DNA of 64,000 bases, taken from NCBI GenBank assembly GCA_047495785.1, contig JBLDXI010000009.1, positions 4,464,001-4,528,000 on the forward strand, read 5' to 3'. The notes under the pieces were generated by a model. The model had not been told where the DNA came from, did no database searches, and saw nothing but the letters and a program-made list of their open reading frames with translations. The DNA comes from Lepidodermella squamata (lineage: Eukaryota; Animalia; Gastrotricha). Below, piece after piece: positions 49,022 to 61,671 of the stretch (position 1 is its first letter; each line of letters opens with the position of its first letter). Both the position numbers and the translations under genes were made by a program.

Positions 49022-51595
49022 TCAAACAATTACAGGATTTTCATATTTACTATCGCCCTTATTGCCGGACGAAGTTGGCCGGAAAGGCGGCGGGGGCGTT
49101 GGCGCTTTTTCCGCCCCAGGTTTCGGCGGTACCGCTGGTGCCAACTTGGCACCCGATGGATGCACCTGTTTCGGAGTGATGACTGTCAATTTCGATGAAT
49201 TGGTCGATGACGCACTCCGCGACACGCTGGTCGAACTCATCGAGCCGGTATCTATCCGCCGCGGCGCCACAGGTTCCAATGGGCGATGCGACGGGAATGA
49301 ATATAAATAAGTTGGACTGGTATATATTTCAGCGATATCATTCGGCGGCTCGTCCAGAGAATAACCCGGTCCGGGTTTAGTAGGGTGACTGAAATTTGAG
49401 GGTAGCATCGACCCCTCCAGCGATGAATCAGTGTCCGAATCTAGGCTATTCGCTGATTGAACAGCTATTGTCGGCAAAATGTGATGGTTGAACGACCCAG
49501 TTGGGGTGATGCCAACTCCGGTTCCGGTTGACTGGTTGTTGTAAGTAGGGTGCGCAGTTATTGCGACGTCAACTTGCGATTTCGCGGTCGAGGCCGGGCT
49601 GGTCACGGCGTAGGGTGCCTCAACGCGGCGGCGGTTCCTCGGCACCCAGATGTGGCCGCAACATGCGACTACTATTGCGACTACGATGACTATGAAGCAT
49701 AGTACGCAAATTACGATGATTGCGATGAGGTAGGGCTGGGAGATCGATCCACTATATGAAATTGCCTGAGTGTCATACGTGGTTGTCTGTAATTGAGGCT
49801 GGTTGGTTCCAGCTGAGGAAGCCGGGCTTTTTGTGGTGGTACTAGCAGTGGTGGTACCAGCTGGAGTTTCCGGTACCACAGTGGTACCTGAGCCCTTTGT
49901 AGTACCAACGGTAGGCTGGTTTGTTACAACCGTCGTAGGTCCCGAAGTCGTGGTAGCACTTTCGGTATTTCCGGTTACTGTAGTCGCTGCATTTGTGGCT
50001 GGTGGTGTGGTTGGTGGTAATGTAGTAGGTATTGTTGTTGTAGTAGTGACTTGTACTGTTTTAACGAACTGGCAGAGGTAGCCTATTGTGGCTGAGCAGG
50101 TTGTTGGGACCCAGAATAAGTCCTCGGCTAGATAGACACATTCCTGAACGGGTTCGGCGATTAAAGCCGCTGAACTGAAGTTGGACCAAGCAACTTCCTT
50201 ATCTAAAAAATAAAAAATATGAAAATTATTTATAATATTATAAAAAGCCATTTTTCATCCTTGAAATTAGCAAAAAAAACTACAGAATCCTAATATATAG
50301 AAAATCCCATAAAAAAGTCTTACAATTTTCAAAATTCTGGAAAATTCCTCTAAAATTCCGAAATGTTCCAGGTGAATAAATAGTGTCCCAAAATTTTAAT
50401 AACTTTAGAAGTTGACATGAGGAATAAAAAAGTATTGGAACGGCATTCCAAAGGGGTAAAATAACGGTAATTACCAAACTAGTTACCATCGGGAATTTCC
50501 GGGTTTTCTATGGAAAATTTCTAAATTAATGGGATGAGATGGGAAATGCATTTTGAAGGTTTGATTTAAAAAAAATAACAGTTGCGAGACTCAGTTACTC
50601 TAGATTCTATGATAACCAAGGGAAATAAAAAAATTGCAAACCTATTGGATCCCATAGCCATATTTGACGATTGAGACCAAGCCACACGGCTCCTCTGCCC
50701 GCCAAATTGCCGATACTGCCCGCGGTTTTGATCATTTGCGCCGTGAGATTGCGCCAGATTTCGAGCGAATCGGGCGTTGTCATGTCGAGGAGTTGGCCAC
50801 CCTCGCGTTGGCACTCAACCTTAGCCGCGTACCAGTCTAGGGCGTAAGACAGGGCGACATATTGGAAGCCAACGCGTCGAGTTCGCGCCAAATTATACTC
50901 GCAAATAAACTGCTTCTGAGTCCTATAAAAAAATTTAAAAAATTTGTTATTTACACACCCTCCGATTTTGAAGAAAATGACCTCATTTTGGACATATTTA
51001 AAAATACAATTACATGAGCCAAATTTTCCGAAATGAGGTCAATAAATTGTCCCAAACTTACCCGCAATTATCGACGCGCCACTGCAGCCGCTGATCGGCA
51101 ATTTCGACATAAGCGCAATATTTGGCGCCCGAAGCGGAGTCGGGCGGTGGGTTTCCCGGTGCCCAGTTGCTGTAGGCCTGAGGAGCCAAGGGCGTGCCGT
51201 CGGACCAGCGCCATTCCGCCGAGGTGTAACCCCGAGCGCCAATCCACAGGTTGCGTGACGGGTTCATATTGCGCAGTAAATTACGGTACAGGGTGCTTTG
51301 AGCAAACTTTAAAAATAAAAAATAATTTCAACCGAAAATTCGAAAAAAATTATTTTATTGAATTTACCTGGCTAGGAATTTGTGCCAAATCACCGGTTGA
51401 GCCTGGCACGGCCGCGGCGCATTGCGCTTTCGCTTTTTCACGCGTCAACGCGTCCGAATAGTACCGGTAACAAGTCCCATTTGTGAAACCCTGGGCGAGA
51501 TTCTCGGCGCTTGTCGCGCACCACTCAGCACCGTCTTGACCAGAGACCAACGCGAATAGCAGCAATAAAGCAGTGATTCGAAAACCGATTTCCAT
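49022..51595 (-). CDS. Type I membrane receptor: two C-type lectin-like domains, Thr-rich mucin stalk, TM, Pro/Tyr-rich tail
   Basis: Signal peptide; CY...A...C, LWIGA..W.W.DG...Y.NWAPG.P...C; second domain AKVECQREGGQL...VWLGL; TTTT stalk; TM LIAIIVICVLCFIVIVVAIVVACC. Confidence 0.85.
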
Positions 51596-52806
51596 ATTTT
51601 AGCGAGCAGTTATATCAAATTCACAATAAATCGAATAAAATCAGCAAAACCGAGTTTTCAATCATTTTAACATAACCTATGCCAATTAAGCGAAGAGAAG
51701 ATAATTAAGAGACATACAGCTGTAATATATATGTAACCCGGATATTTCAGCGTGAGCGAAATTATATGTAAACAAAACGGCAATCCTAAATGCGCAATAT
51801 GAGACATATAAATAAAAATGGCTTGGAATCATTCCCTCAATCTACAAATAATATACCTCTCTTAAAAAGCTGGGTTTAGTATGCAAACTTTTCAATTAAA
51901 CTGCGCTTTTGTTTTACAACAAGATACAAAGTCAAGAAAAATTGCGTTTTGATAATCATCCTATTGTTGTAATTTTTTTTGAAAGGTATCTAAAAAATGT
52001 TATCATAAAAATGAGCGCTAATAAGTGTTTGCGAGATTTCGTGCTTTGGATAATGAATCAAGTCAAACATTTTTTTTACGTAAAATTTTCAGGTAGCTAA
52101 TTGATGCGTTTTGTTGCAAAACGTTGCAACAAAAAGTCGAGTCTCGAGTCTCGAGCAAATTAAATAATTATTTTATCTCTAATGCCGCATAGATTGTGTC
52201 ATACGCTGGTCTAATCCGTAAAATCCGCCGCCGTAGTACTACGTAGTAGTGTCTCGGAGCGCGGTTTTTGCGGCACCAAAGCGGAACCGGCGTCAAAATA
52301 ACGCACGGGCTAAAACTGTTTTGACGCGCTTTTTCTGGTGGTTACAACATCATCAGCATCATATACGTGTATTAATGTATTATTATAAGCGCGCGAGTGA
52401 GTGAGTAGTTTATTAACGCCAACGTTGACAGTGCGCAGTAATATAATTTGCGGCTACCTCCAGAAGTGTGGCGCGCAAATTTATGCGCACAGCATCATCA
52501 TCATCGCCACAAAAATAACAATATCGCGCCCAAAAAATACTAATGCTATAATCATCATCATCATCATAGCGGACCACGCCTAGGTTATTTGTTATATATA
52601 GGACACTGATGGCTAACTGGTGTGACGTGACCTGAGCATAATAGAGCGAAGGCTTAATTACACCTACATATTTTTGTTACCTACACATTATCGGCGGTGC
52701 CAGAGTGACACCCCGGCTTGACTTCCGCACTTGGCTCTTCTCACGTTGTGACATTGTCGGCGTGAAAAGTGTCCTCGGGTACGGCTTTCCGCACGGAAAA
52801 ATACCC

Positions 52807-53142
52807 GTTGCTATGGAAATAGAAAATCGAGCGTCCTTAGTTACCGATGCCAAAATTAAATAAAAAAAAAAATTCAGAAAAAATCGCAATATTATTTTCA
52901 GAATAAATAATTTTTAAAGGTGCCTCTAAAATTTTTAAAATTATTTTCAATTCAATAACAACGTGGAAATTTCAAAACATCAGGGAAATGAAAATCCCTA
53001 TACCGAATTTCAAAGTTGATAAATTAGGCTCAATGTCAATTTCAAGCATTAGTAACGAAATTTACAATTGACTGAATGAGGCTCATGCAATATCCTAATC
53101 TAGCTTTAAACGCATAGCAACCAGAAAGCGTCCTTAGTTACC
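52807..53142. promoter_or_regulatory. Two modules of RFX X-box-like motifs upstream of the lectin receptor
   Basis: GTTGCTATGGAAAT (52807-52820), CATAGCAAC (53113-53121) and an exact repeat GCGTCCTTAGTTACC at 52831 and 53128. Confidence 0.35.
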
Positions 53143-54467
53143 ACTTGATATAAATCAGAAAAATTGGCGAAATTCGCCTGAATAAAATCCAAAAATATTG
53201 CGGTTCCATTTGCGATGATCTATGATGTGGAAGGCTAATTAACAGCCAACAATCACCATGAAAAGATGCGCGCCTAAAAAAAACATCCGTTAAGGCGCGC
53301 GTGGTCGGTTATTGTGTGGGAAATGTGGCGGGTCACGGCGAGCGATAAGCAGGAAAAAAAACCAACCCGCGGTGTTTTTATTTGTTATTTGTCGCGTCTT
53401 GGTGCGTATAAATACGGTAAAAATAATAATAGCCACACATACACACATACAGGCATTTAAGAATGTGGATTAGAATACAAAAACACCTGTAACGAGTGGG
53501 TGTTACCTGTGTAAAACGCGTCTCACATGACAAATGTATGAAGAATGCAGCTTTTTTTCTCTTAATCAGTGGGAACCAATTTGGAACTATTCGATAGGCA
53601 TGACTTGGCCTGAAACTGGCCGCGAAATTAAGGCAAACAAAAGATGTTAGAAAGAAGGGTATATTTTTGCAAGGGTATAGCGATGCGTATATTGTGTTCT
53701 TTCAAGTTTTTGTTGCGTGCGTGACTCGTGCGCGTAGACTCGTTTTTAGCGCGCGCAAATGGGCGCGCGGCACACACACGCGCTGTCATGTTGGACGCGT
53801 TTATTAAGGCGCCGCACGGCAATGCGCGGATGCGACTGTGCCTATAATCGCGCTTTTGTATCAACACGCGGCCGATCGGTCGCGGTCCTTGGTGGTGGCG
53901 ATGAGGTCAAACGAGGCGATGCCGCCAATAAACTCATCTCGATATTCTCGTTAATGCGAGGCGTCAATTATTGGCCTAATATATGTCACCGTTTCACTTT
54001 GACATAATGCTGTAGCGTTTGACATCAGTGAGTTTATGTAAAATGCAAAAAGCTGTGAGGAGAAAACTTTCATTTTACACCTTTTTCCAATAATTTTTAT
54101 TCGACTCAAAGTTTGAAGAGAAACTTGGAATTTAAAATAAATAATGAGTAGTTTTATTCTTTATTGTACCTATCATAAAATTAGTGTTCGAGCGAGAAGC
54201 CAAAGAGCGAACCAGTACAATTCATCGTGCTCTGAAATTCCGGCTGGACGGATGAACACTGAGGTTGTTGAACGGAATTGTCTTCAATTTTGCGAAAGTT
54301 TCGTCGTCGACGTCCTCGCTATACCTGGCCGAAAATAAACCCTAACGGAATCTTCTCGATATTCGGGGTTTAAAAATTTCTTAGGAAAAGAGCATTTGGG
54401 GTGCTGGGATAATGAGGCCACTTTTCGGTCGGGCTAAGTCCATGGAGCTACGTCCTCACATAAAATA

Positions 54468-54625
54468 GGCATGTATTCCGAAAAATTGCATCAAGATGTT
54501 GTGAAGATGTTGAATCGCGACTTCAACAGCGGACAAAGACCTGTTGGCATTGCTGCGAAGACTTCAAAGCCATCAATTTTGCGAGAATATCAGTAATATA
54601 TTGTTGGGAACTGAGCTGTGAAAAT
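54468..54625 (+). pseudogene. Orphan last-exon fragment of the kinase family
   Basis: ggcatgtattccgaaaaattgcatcaagatgttgtgaagatg...aagacctgttggca aligns with the regions starting at about 57856 and 60866; carries a deletion. Confidence 0.7.
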
Positions 54626-55762
54626 CAAAACAGAGATTGAAACTTATTTTCCAATACCATAGACATAATATCAGTATAGGCTGTCTACTCACGAGAAAAG
54701 GGGTGTCATCAATTTCTTGGAGGCCAAAAATCGCAAATATTCGATTCTTTTCTTCATGGTTCCAGAGCCTTTTTGATTTTTGGAAAGATTGGATGATGTT
54801 TCCAGGTATAAGTAGTTTAAATTACGGTGAACACAACTGCTATTTTATTTGTATTTTTCACATCTAAGTAACGTACTCAAATATTGATAAATGATTTTGG
54901 TGCTTTGAATAAAAGCAATTAATTGGATTAATTAGGCCGACATAACCAGATTTTGCATGGTCCAAATAGGTTAAATTGAGTTTTACATTTGACGATTTTT
55001 GGACGATTGTTTTCTGATTTTCTAGGATTTTTTATTTCGTCACGCGACTGAGAAAAAGTAGAAAATCATGATGAATTGGCACACATAAATGCACTAGCGT
55101 ATCATAACATCTATCGTATTTATTTTTTTATCTCTTGGCCTTGTTCACTCATTCATGATATTGCGAGGCAAAAATACCATAATTCTTCAGTTTGTTAGAT
55201 TAAAATCTTAATGTGTAACTTTAACAAGCATCCATAAGATGAATGACATCAGCTCATAATTTATAAATTAACGTGTTTGCAGAGTTTGATTCGATCGTAT
55301 TTCACCTGTAGTAGATTAGAACACCAACCATATCTGTTGCGCATTCGAATCATGACAACATTCAATTAATTCTTTAATATGGTACGGATGGGCGATACAA
55401 CGAGATCATGCGAATTTTATCTTTTTACAACTTTCATTTCATTTCATTTCAATTATCTCAGGGCGTTTTAAGGCATCATTTGAAGAAGTATTATAGCAAC
55501 ATCGCCATACCTCTGTCATGTCTTTCATTTACATGAACATAATCATAGTTTTAGCATGTCATTCATGATAGGGTAACAGGTATTTAGTATAAGAATATTT
55601 TTCGAAAAATAGTTGGAGCTCATAATTTTCGTTCAGGTATTTCAGAAACATTCACTTATTTTAATATTATAGTGTTTTGGATTTTGTTTATGGGCTAACC
55701 TAGCGGCGGCAACCTAGGTTCGAACAATTTATTCTTTTGCATTCGACCGGCTGCCGTCGCTG

Positions 55763-57963
55763 ATGGGTTCTACGCTTTCTACCTCCTCTAGCGGCCGTGG
55801 CCCGGTTGGTTATTTTTTGAATTAACCTCTCAATTTTATTTCCCATTCAACTTTTTCCATTTAGCTGCCACCCACGGGCAACTAAATGGCCGGTTGATCT
55901 ATTCATTTAACAACGTCATATTTCATATTTTTAATCTAGCCGTCAGGAGCAAGGGCAACTCAACATCGGCTGTCTTCGTGGGATCCCAATATTCCTTCCT
56001 CGGCTTCAGCATCTGATGCTTCAAACGACGTGAATGAGGATGACCCGGTAGATTTTACATTGAATGCAATAATATGTTATCATTATTTTCAATTTAGCTA
56101 TCACAGCTGGCGAAGTCGGACACCGAAGCAGCAGCTTATCGGAGGAAATTTAAACCATTAACAGAAATAGGTCGAGGATCGTTCGGTGTGGCTTATCGAA
56201 CGAAAAATATTGAAAGAAATCGGGTAGTGGTGCTCAAACAAGTCACTTTCGACAAGAACGGCGGTGACGGCGTTAGGAGAGCTGAACGAGAGGTATGGGT
56301 AAACGAGAAAACCCAAAGTTGCTGCCCTTCCTTTTTTTATTTATTAGGTGAAACTCATGCATGAAGTCAAACATGAGAATATAGTGAAGATATTCAGCGA
56401 CATATGCCGGGAGTCTGGTACGGACAAGATGCTGTGCGTCATGGAACTCGAGTACTGCGCCGGAGGTTCGCTGAGTTCCAAGTTATCGGACTACAGGATG
56501 AACTCTCGCAGATTCGACGAAGCACAGGTAGTTATGTAATCGCTGAATTGGGTGAGAATTCATTGCGGGGTGCACTACTAAAAAAAACCGAGAGGATAGG
56601 AGAGCTAGCGACTCCCAGACACGCACGCACTGTCTGTCGACCGAGGACCAATCGAAACCGACCTCCCCTTTTAATATGTCAGATATTGCCAAGATGTTTC
56701 CCTGAGATAGCTGACATCTCAAGAAAAATAGATTAGGGACCAATAAGTTATCTCACTTAGGAGTCTTAGCAAGAATAAGGACCAAATATAGCACGCTATA
56801 CTTCGCGCTAACTGGTCCTAACCTACATCTTTCAGGCCGGCACGTCCCAGGTAAAACTATGAGCTAGTGTATGGATTCATAGTCAATTTCTTAATTCTTC
56901 TTAATTAAGATCTCGGCTATGTCAGCATGTAAACAGTTAACCAAGGGGGACGTGGGGAAGAGCGGCGAACATCAAAAGCGATAATGCTAAAGTTCGTTAC
57001 CAAAATGCAAACTGAGCGATAGATGTCACCGCACTAATGACCTTTTCATATGAGAGCGGCTTCCTAGCTGACGTGGCGTCGGCATTCGCTTTATTGCGAT
57101 TTCTACAGGTCCACGATAGCGTATAAGAGGAAAAAGTCGCCAGGGCAAAAACACTGATCTGAACACGCGGGTTGCGTTGTCGTTCGTAGCGGCATGGAAT
57201 GAACCAAACCAAATTTAAATTATTTATCTTGAGCTCATCTATTGTTGGAACTGAACTGAGATTGAAAGCGTTTGCAGATCAAAGAATGGCTTCTCCCATT
57301 GACGTCAGCGCTTATGTCCCTCCACTTGATGGGAATTGTTCATCGTGACTTCCATCCCGGCGTAAGTTTCCAAACTGATCATAGCTTTTATCGATACTCT
57401 TCATATTGGAACCAATAGAACGTGTTATTCGCTGATAAAAACTGCAAAATTCCTAAAATCGCTGATTTCGGCCTTTCCCGAGTCTACAAACCTGGGTATG
57501 ATGTGCCCCGCTCTCAAAATGCTCGCTATTATCAATATTTTTCAGATCCGATGAGGGCATGGTGATATCAACGAATGGCAACGGTCAAGTTGGCGCCATT
57601 AAATATCGCGCGCCTGAAGTTTGGCACGGCAATCATGTGCTCGGCGATAATCCTAAAAGAGATATCTGGTCGCTGGGGCTCATGATTTACGGGATGATGG
57701 CTCTGATGCTTCCGATCAAGTTTCCACGATCTGACTACGACGGCGTTAAAAGCCAAGTTTTAGAATGGTAGGCGATCCTAATATATCCAAATTTGAGCTC
57801 AAAGTAACAATGTATTTCATTCCTTAGGGATGGTATATGTGACTTCTCACAATGCGGCATGTATTCCGACGAATTGCGTCAAATTGTTGTGAGGATGCTG
57901 GATCGCGACTACAGAAGCCGGCCGTCATCGCAAGACCTGTTGGAAATGCTGTCAGGACATTGA
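55763..57963 (+). CDS. Ser/Thr protein kinase (NEK-like), apparently intact, predicted N-myristoylated
   Basis: MGSTLS start; GRGSFG, VVLK, AERE, HENIV, MELEYCAGGSL, HRDFHPGN, ADFGLSR, YRAPEV, DIWSLG, ML..D...RP; TGA at 57961-57963. Confidence 0.8.
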
Positions 57964-58424
57964 AAGCTATAAATTTTTCGAGAGTATTATAAGACTTTGT
58001 TGGGAAATGATCTGTGAATAATAAAACTGATAACAGTCTTGTTTTTATAAGACGGAGAATATATGAACGGGAAATAATACAATATATCCAGGAGTGAAGC
58101 CTGATCGTAGACGATGAGTTCATTATGATCATTTGCATCCGTTCGCGGGCACAAATGAAGCACCTGCTCCCGATACTCTTTGTTCCATAGAACGCCAACA
58201 TCCCGCATCCGTGCAACCAATAGCAGTAGCACCAGTAGCACCCAATTTTCAAATGACTGCGAAAATAGAGATAGGGCTGCAATCGCTAGCCACGTCTCAT
58301 ATCATCGTTCAAAATTTGAAGGCAAAGCCAAGGCAAAAAGTTGTGGGTGTGACTTTTTTCATCCGACCAGTGTCTTATTTCATCCGACAACCAAAAGTGT
58401 GACTAAAATAATCCGACATGAAAA

Positions 58425-58536
58425 TACGGTTTTTCTCGATTTTCCGAGGCTGCACTCAAATAAACGCCGCATTTTTACCCCTTTTCCAAAAATCAGCATA
58501 ATAGGCGCCGCGGCCTTTATACGACTAAATGCGGTA
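58425..58536. mobile_element. Possible degenerate pogo/Tigger-like MITE relic
   Basis: ta-cggtttttctcg ... cgactaaatgcgg-ta with internal ataaacgccgca / ataggcgccgc; TIR match is poor. Confidence 0.3.
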
Positions 58537-59915
58537 ATTGTATAGAAGGTAATTGCAAAGGCAGCCTGTGCGACGGGTAATGACGGCTGTCCACTTTCAT
58601 CAGCGCGTTGAACAGCTTCAATCGAGCTTATTGTCTTCAATTTCAATAATTCTTCAATAATTATTGGCAAACATTTCGTTCTTTTGCAAGAACGTTTGTA
58701 GTAATATTCACAAAAATACTCGTAGCTATGAAACTGCAGAGTTCTTGATCAGTGAAAAAATGGTCAAGCGACTGTCATTTCAGAAAAAACATGAATTTCC
58801 TTCGGTGTCAGATAATTTTGTTCTGTTATCTTTTATCTTTAGGTTGGAGTGACGAGTGACTCATTCACGCTCATTCACGATATAATGCAAGGCAAAAAAT
58901 AATACAAGAGCTTGGTTTATGATAACTAAATAGCGATTAGACCTTATACCAAAAACCTTACGATGAAAGTCAGCTCAAAATTAAATTTTGTATCGGTTAC
59001 TCCTGCTTTCCCAGACCCTTTTAAATCTTCTTTATATCTTTTCCATAAGGAAAGCTTTGTTTTGTTTTCCAAATAAAGAAGTAAAGAATCCACCTTTTAC
59101 CTCGTTTAATAATTTCGGATTTAGGCTTATTTACGAGGTTATCCGGTGGTAAAGATTGTCCCGCCTCAGTCCCTATGAATAAGCACTGGCGGTAAAACTG
59201 TTGCTTATAGCAGCGTTTCCCAAACCGTGTCCTATAGGACTCTCTTGTTCTTATGGCCTTGAATGACAAAAATAGAAACGATGATGGATAGAATAAGCTG
59301 AAACTGACTCATGTCCCTTGTTTTTAAAGCACGTACAGATTTTAACTGATGACATGATTAATTGAAATGTAATCTAATGAAGAACGAAAACTCCCAGATA
59401 AATTTTTGTGAAAATCTCGAGGTATTGTCTCATAATATTCAGGGTTAGGATACGTCGTTTCTCAGTGTCAAATTCTTAAAATTTCCTTGCTTCACTCGCT
59501 TGATTGGTTTAAATTTTATTCGGGAATTGTTCAATTCTGAGCTATGCGTTAACAAGCAATCAGTTGTAGCTCAAAAATTGTACCCATTCCCAACCAAATT
59601 TCATTCATTTTAGCGAGGTGCCCCACTAGCCATTCGCCTAGGACACTGCTGTGTCATACGAGACAAAAAGTTTGGGAACTGCTGGCTAATACTTATAGAA
59701 TTGTTCAGAAACAACGCAAGCGTTGAGACTCAAGCCGACTGGCAGATCACTTCCTTTCATACACAAATTTTAATAGAAGTTGTTCATATTACTTTTAAGG
59801 GGTTCGTAATCATGCATAGCCATGACGCGTTGTTGATTGTTTGGACCTTGTGAACGGTTTACATTTCTTGCAATATCTCAACTTTTGTAACGGAAATTTA
59901 TTGAAACGTTCACAG

Positions 59916-60964
59916 ATCAAACCATGGCTTACCCAAATAGCTTCAGGGCTCAACCACCTCCACTCGAAGAAAATCGTTCATCGAGATTTGCATCCCGGCG
60001 TAAGTTTCTAAACCACTCATGAAGTACAGTGCACCTTTGTTATAACGAACCGGTCTTATAGCGAACTTCGACTATAACGAACAAAAATGAGTGGCACGAG
60101 CCAAACGGCGCACTTTTACATGTTGCCAACCTCGTTTATAACGAACTTTTTATAGCGAACTTTTGGCTATAACGAACGATTCTGAGTGGCTCGGCGGCAG
60201 CTTTACGCATGATATTTACATTTTTTTATAGCGAACTTGGGTCTCGCGCGCGCTTATACTCGCAAATTTCACGTATTTCATCTATTTTGGGGATTCAATT
60301 TTATGATCCATTACGATTTAATCATGCTACTGAAGAAGAAAGAACTCGACGAGCTCTTGTATGAGCATTTAGACTCTATTTCTGACCCTTCTTAAGCCGA
60401 GCCATCCTGAAAATTGGGATGTTCCAAAAACTTTTTAAATTTCTCTACTTCGTTTGTAACGAACTTCGCTTATAGCGAACTTTTTTAGGTGGCACCGTAG
60501 TGGTTCGTTATAACGAAGGTGCACTGTAAATATTTAATTATTTGAACCTTTAGAATGTGCTGTTCCTAGATGCGATTCTGCTAAAATATCTGATTTCGGC
60601 CTTTCTCGTTTCTACACACCTGGGTAAGATGATTGTCTCGAAATGCCCCTCTATCAGCAATATTTTTTCTTTTTTCAGATCCGATGACGGCATGGTGATA
60701 CGAGTTGATGGCTCTGAAGCTGCCCATCGACTTCCTCAATAGTGTCGACTACGAAGGTGTCCGCACGCATGTTCTACAATGGTAGGCGACTCCATCGAAA
60801 AGCGTGCTCAGATTAACCAATGCCTCTCATTTTATAGGGATGGGAAATGCGAATTCTCACACTGCGGCAAGTATTCCGAAAAATTGCGTCAAAATGTTGT
60901 TAAAATGCTGGATCGCGACTACAAGAGCCGACCGTCATCGCAAGACCTGTTGGCAATGCTGTGA
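59916..60964 (+). pseudogene. Kinase pseudogene (C-lobe only)
   Basis: Exon ...IVHRDLHPG; next exon frameshifted before DFG; APE-DIWSLG segment deleted; no recognisable N-lobe exons. Confidence 0.75.
60027..60526. mobile_element. Tc1/mariner-superfamily (pogo/Tigger-like) MITE inside a kinase intron
   Basis: 25-bp TIR CAGTGCACCTT(T/C)GTTATAACGAACC with one mismatch, TA on both flanks, multiple internal TATA(A/G)CGAAC repeats. Confidence 0.9.
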
Positions 60965-61182
60965 GGGCATACATTATGCGAGAGCATTAAGACCTTGTTG
61001 GAATACCTATATTATGAGCTGTGAAAAATAAACCTCTTTAAATTTTAGATTTGAACGCCTATTGCGATTAGCTCTAAAATATGGAGTTTGGCTTAACCCA
61101 ATCAGGTCTCGTCATTCCATGCAATAGATGAACTGCCAACTTTTCCTTGGCAATCATTAGTATAAAAAAACTGCTGCGCTGC

Positions 61183-61218
61183 GCTGGAACGCTTGAGAAC
61201 GCTTGGAACGCTTGGAAT
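61183..61218. repeat. 9-bp tandem repeat (GCTTGGAAC)-like, about 4 copies
   Basis: gctggaac gcttgagaac gcttggaac gcttggaa. Confidence 0.55.
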
Positions 61219-61671
61219 GGATGAGTCTTCGCCATTCGGTGTTCGAAATTCCAATTGCCCGCTGGCGCGCACGAGGAGTGTCCATGTTAACTGCACTGTT
61301 TTTATTCAGCTCTAGAAAAGAATCCCTTAGGGCGTGATTTGCGCCGTATGCCCAAAACCTGAAACAGAAACAAATGCGTAATGCAAAAATCGCAGGAGCT
61401 TACTCGCGGCCCACGGCTATCGGTGATGTCAATTATTCTAGACAAACCGCCCGTCTCGGAGCATTGTTTCATCTTCAACGCACACCCGCATCGTACTTTG
61501 ATACGGACCAGCATTATTTCCCCGCCGAGGGTTAGGAAAGCTTTCGGGTTGGGACGGGGTGGGCTAAATGCCAAATCACTGACCTGCCAACCAGAAACAA
61601 AAACTCTCATATTTTGCTTCATCACGGTCGTTTCTGGATTAGGTCATTGCGACTCGACTGCGCCTCGTCTA

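Noticed and set aside
56573-56869. CACTA...TAGTG bounded segment in the long kinase intron as a CACTA element
   Set aside because: The termini match over only 5 bp and there is no clear target-site duplication; the intron may hold an insertion but its ends cannot be defined
57824-58670. Minus-strand ORFs (152, 84 and 96 aa) as a gene
   Set aside because: No recognisable domain or consistent splice model, and they overlap the kinase 3' end
60040-60520. Recurrent TATAACGAAC units as a CRISPR-like array
   Set aside because: Units are short, irregularly spaced and enclosed by TIRs, so they are MITE subterminal repeats; the context is eukaryotic and has no cas genes
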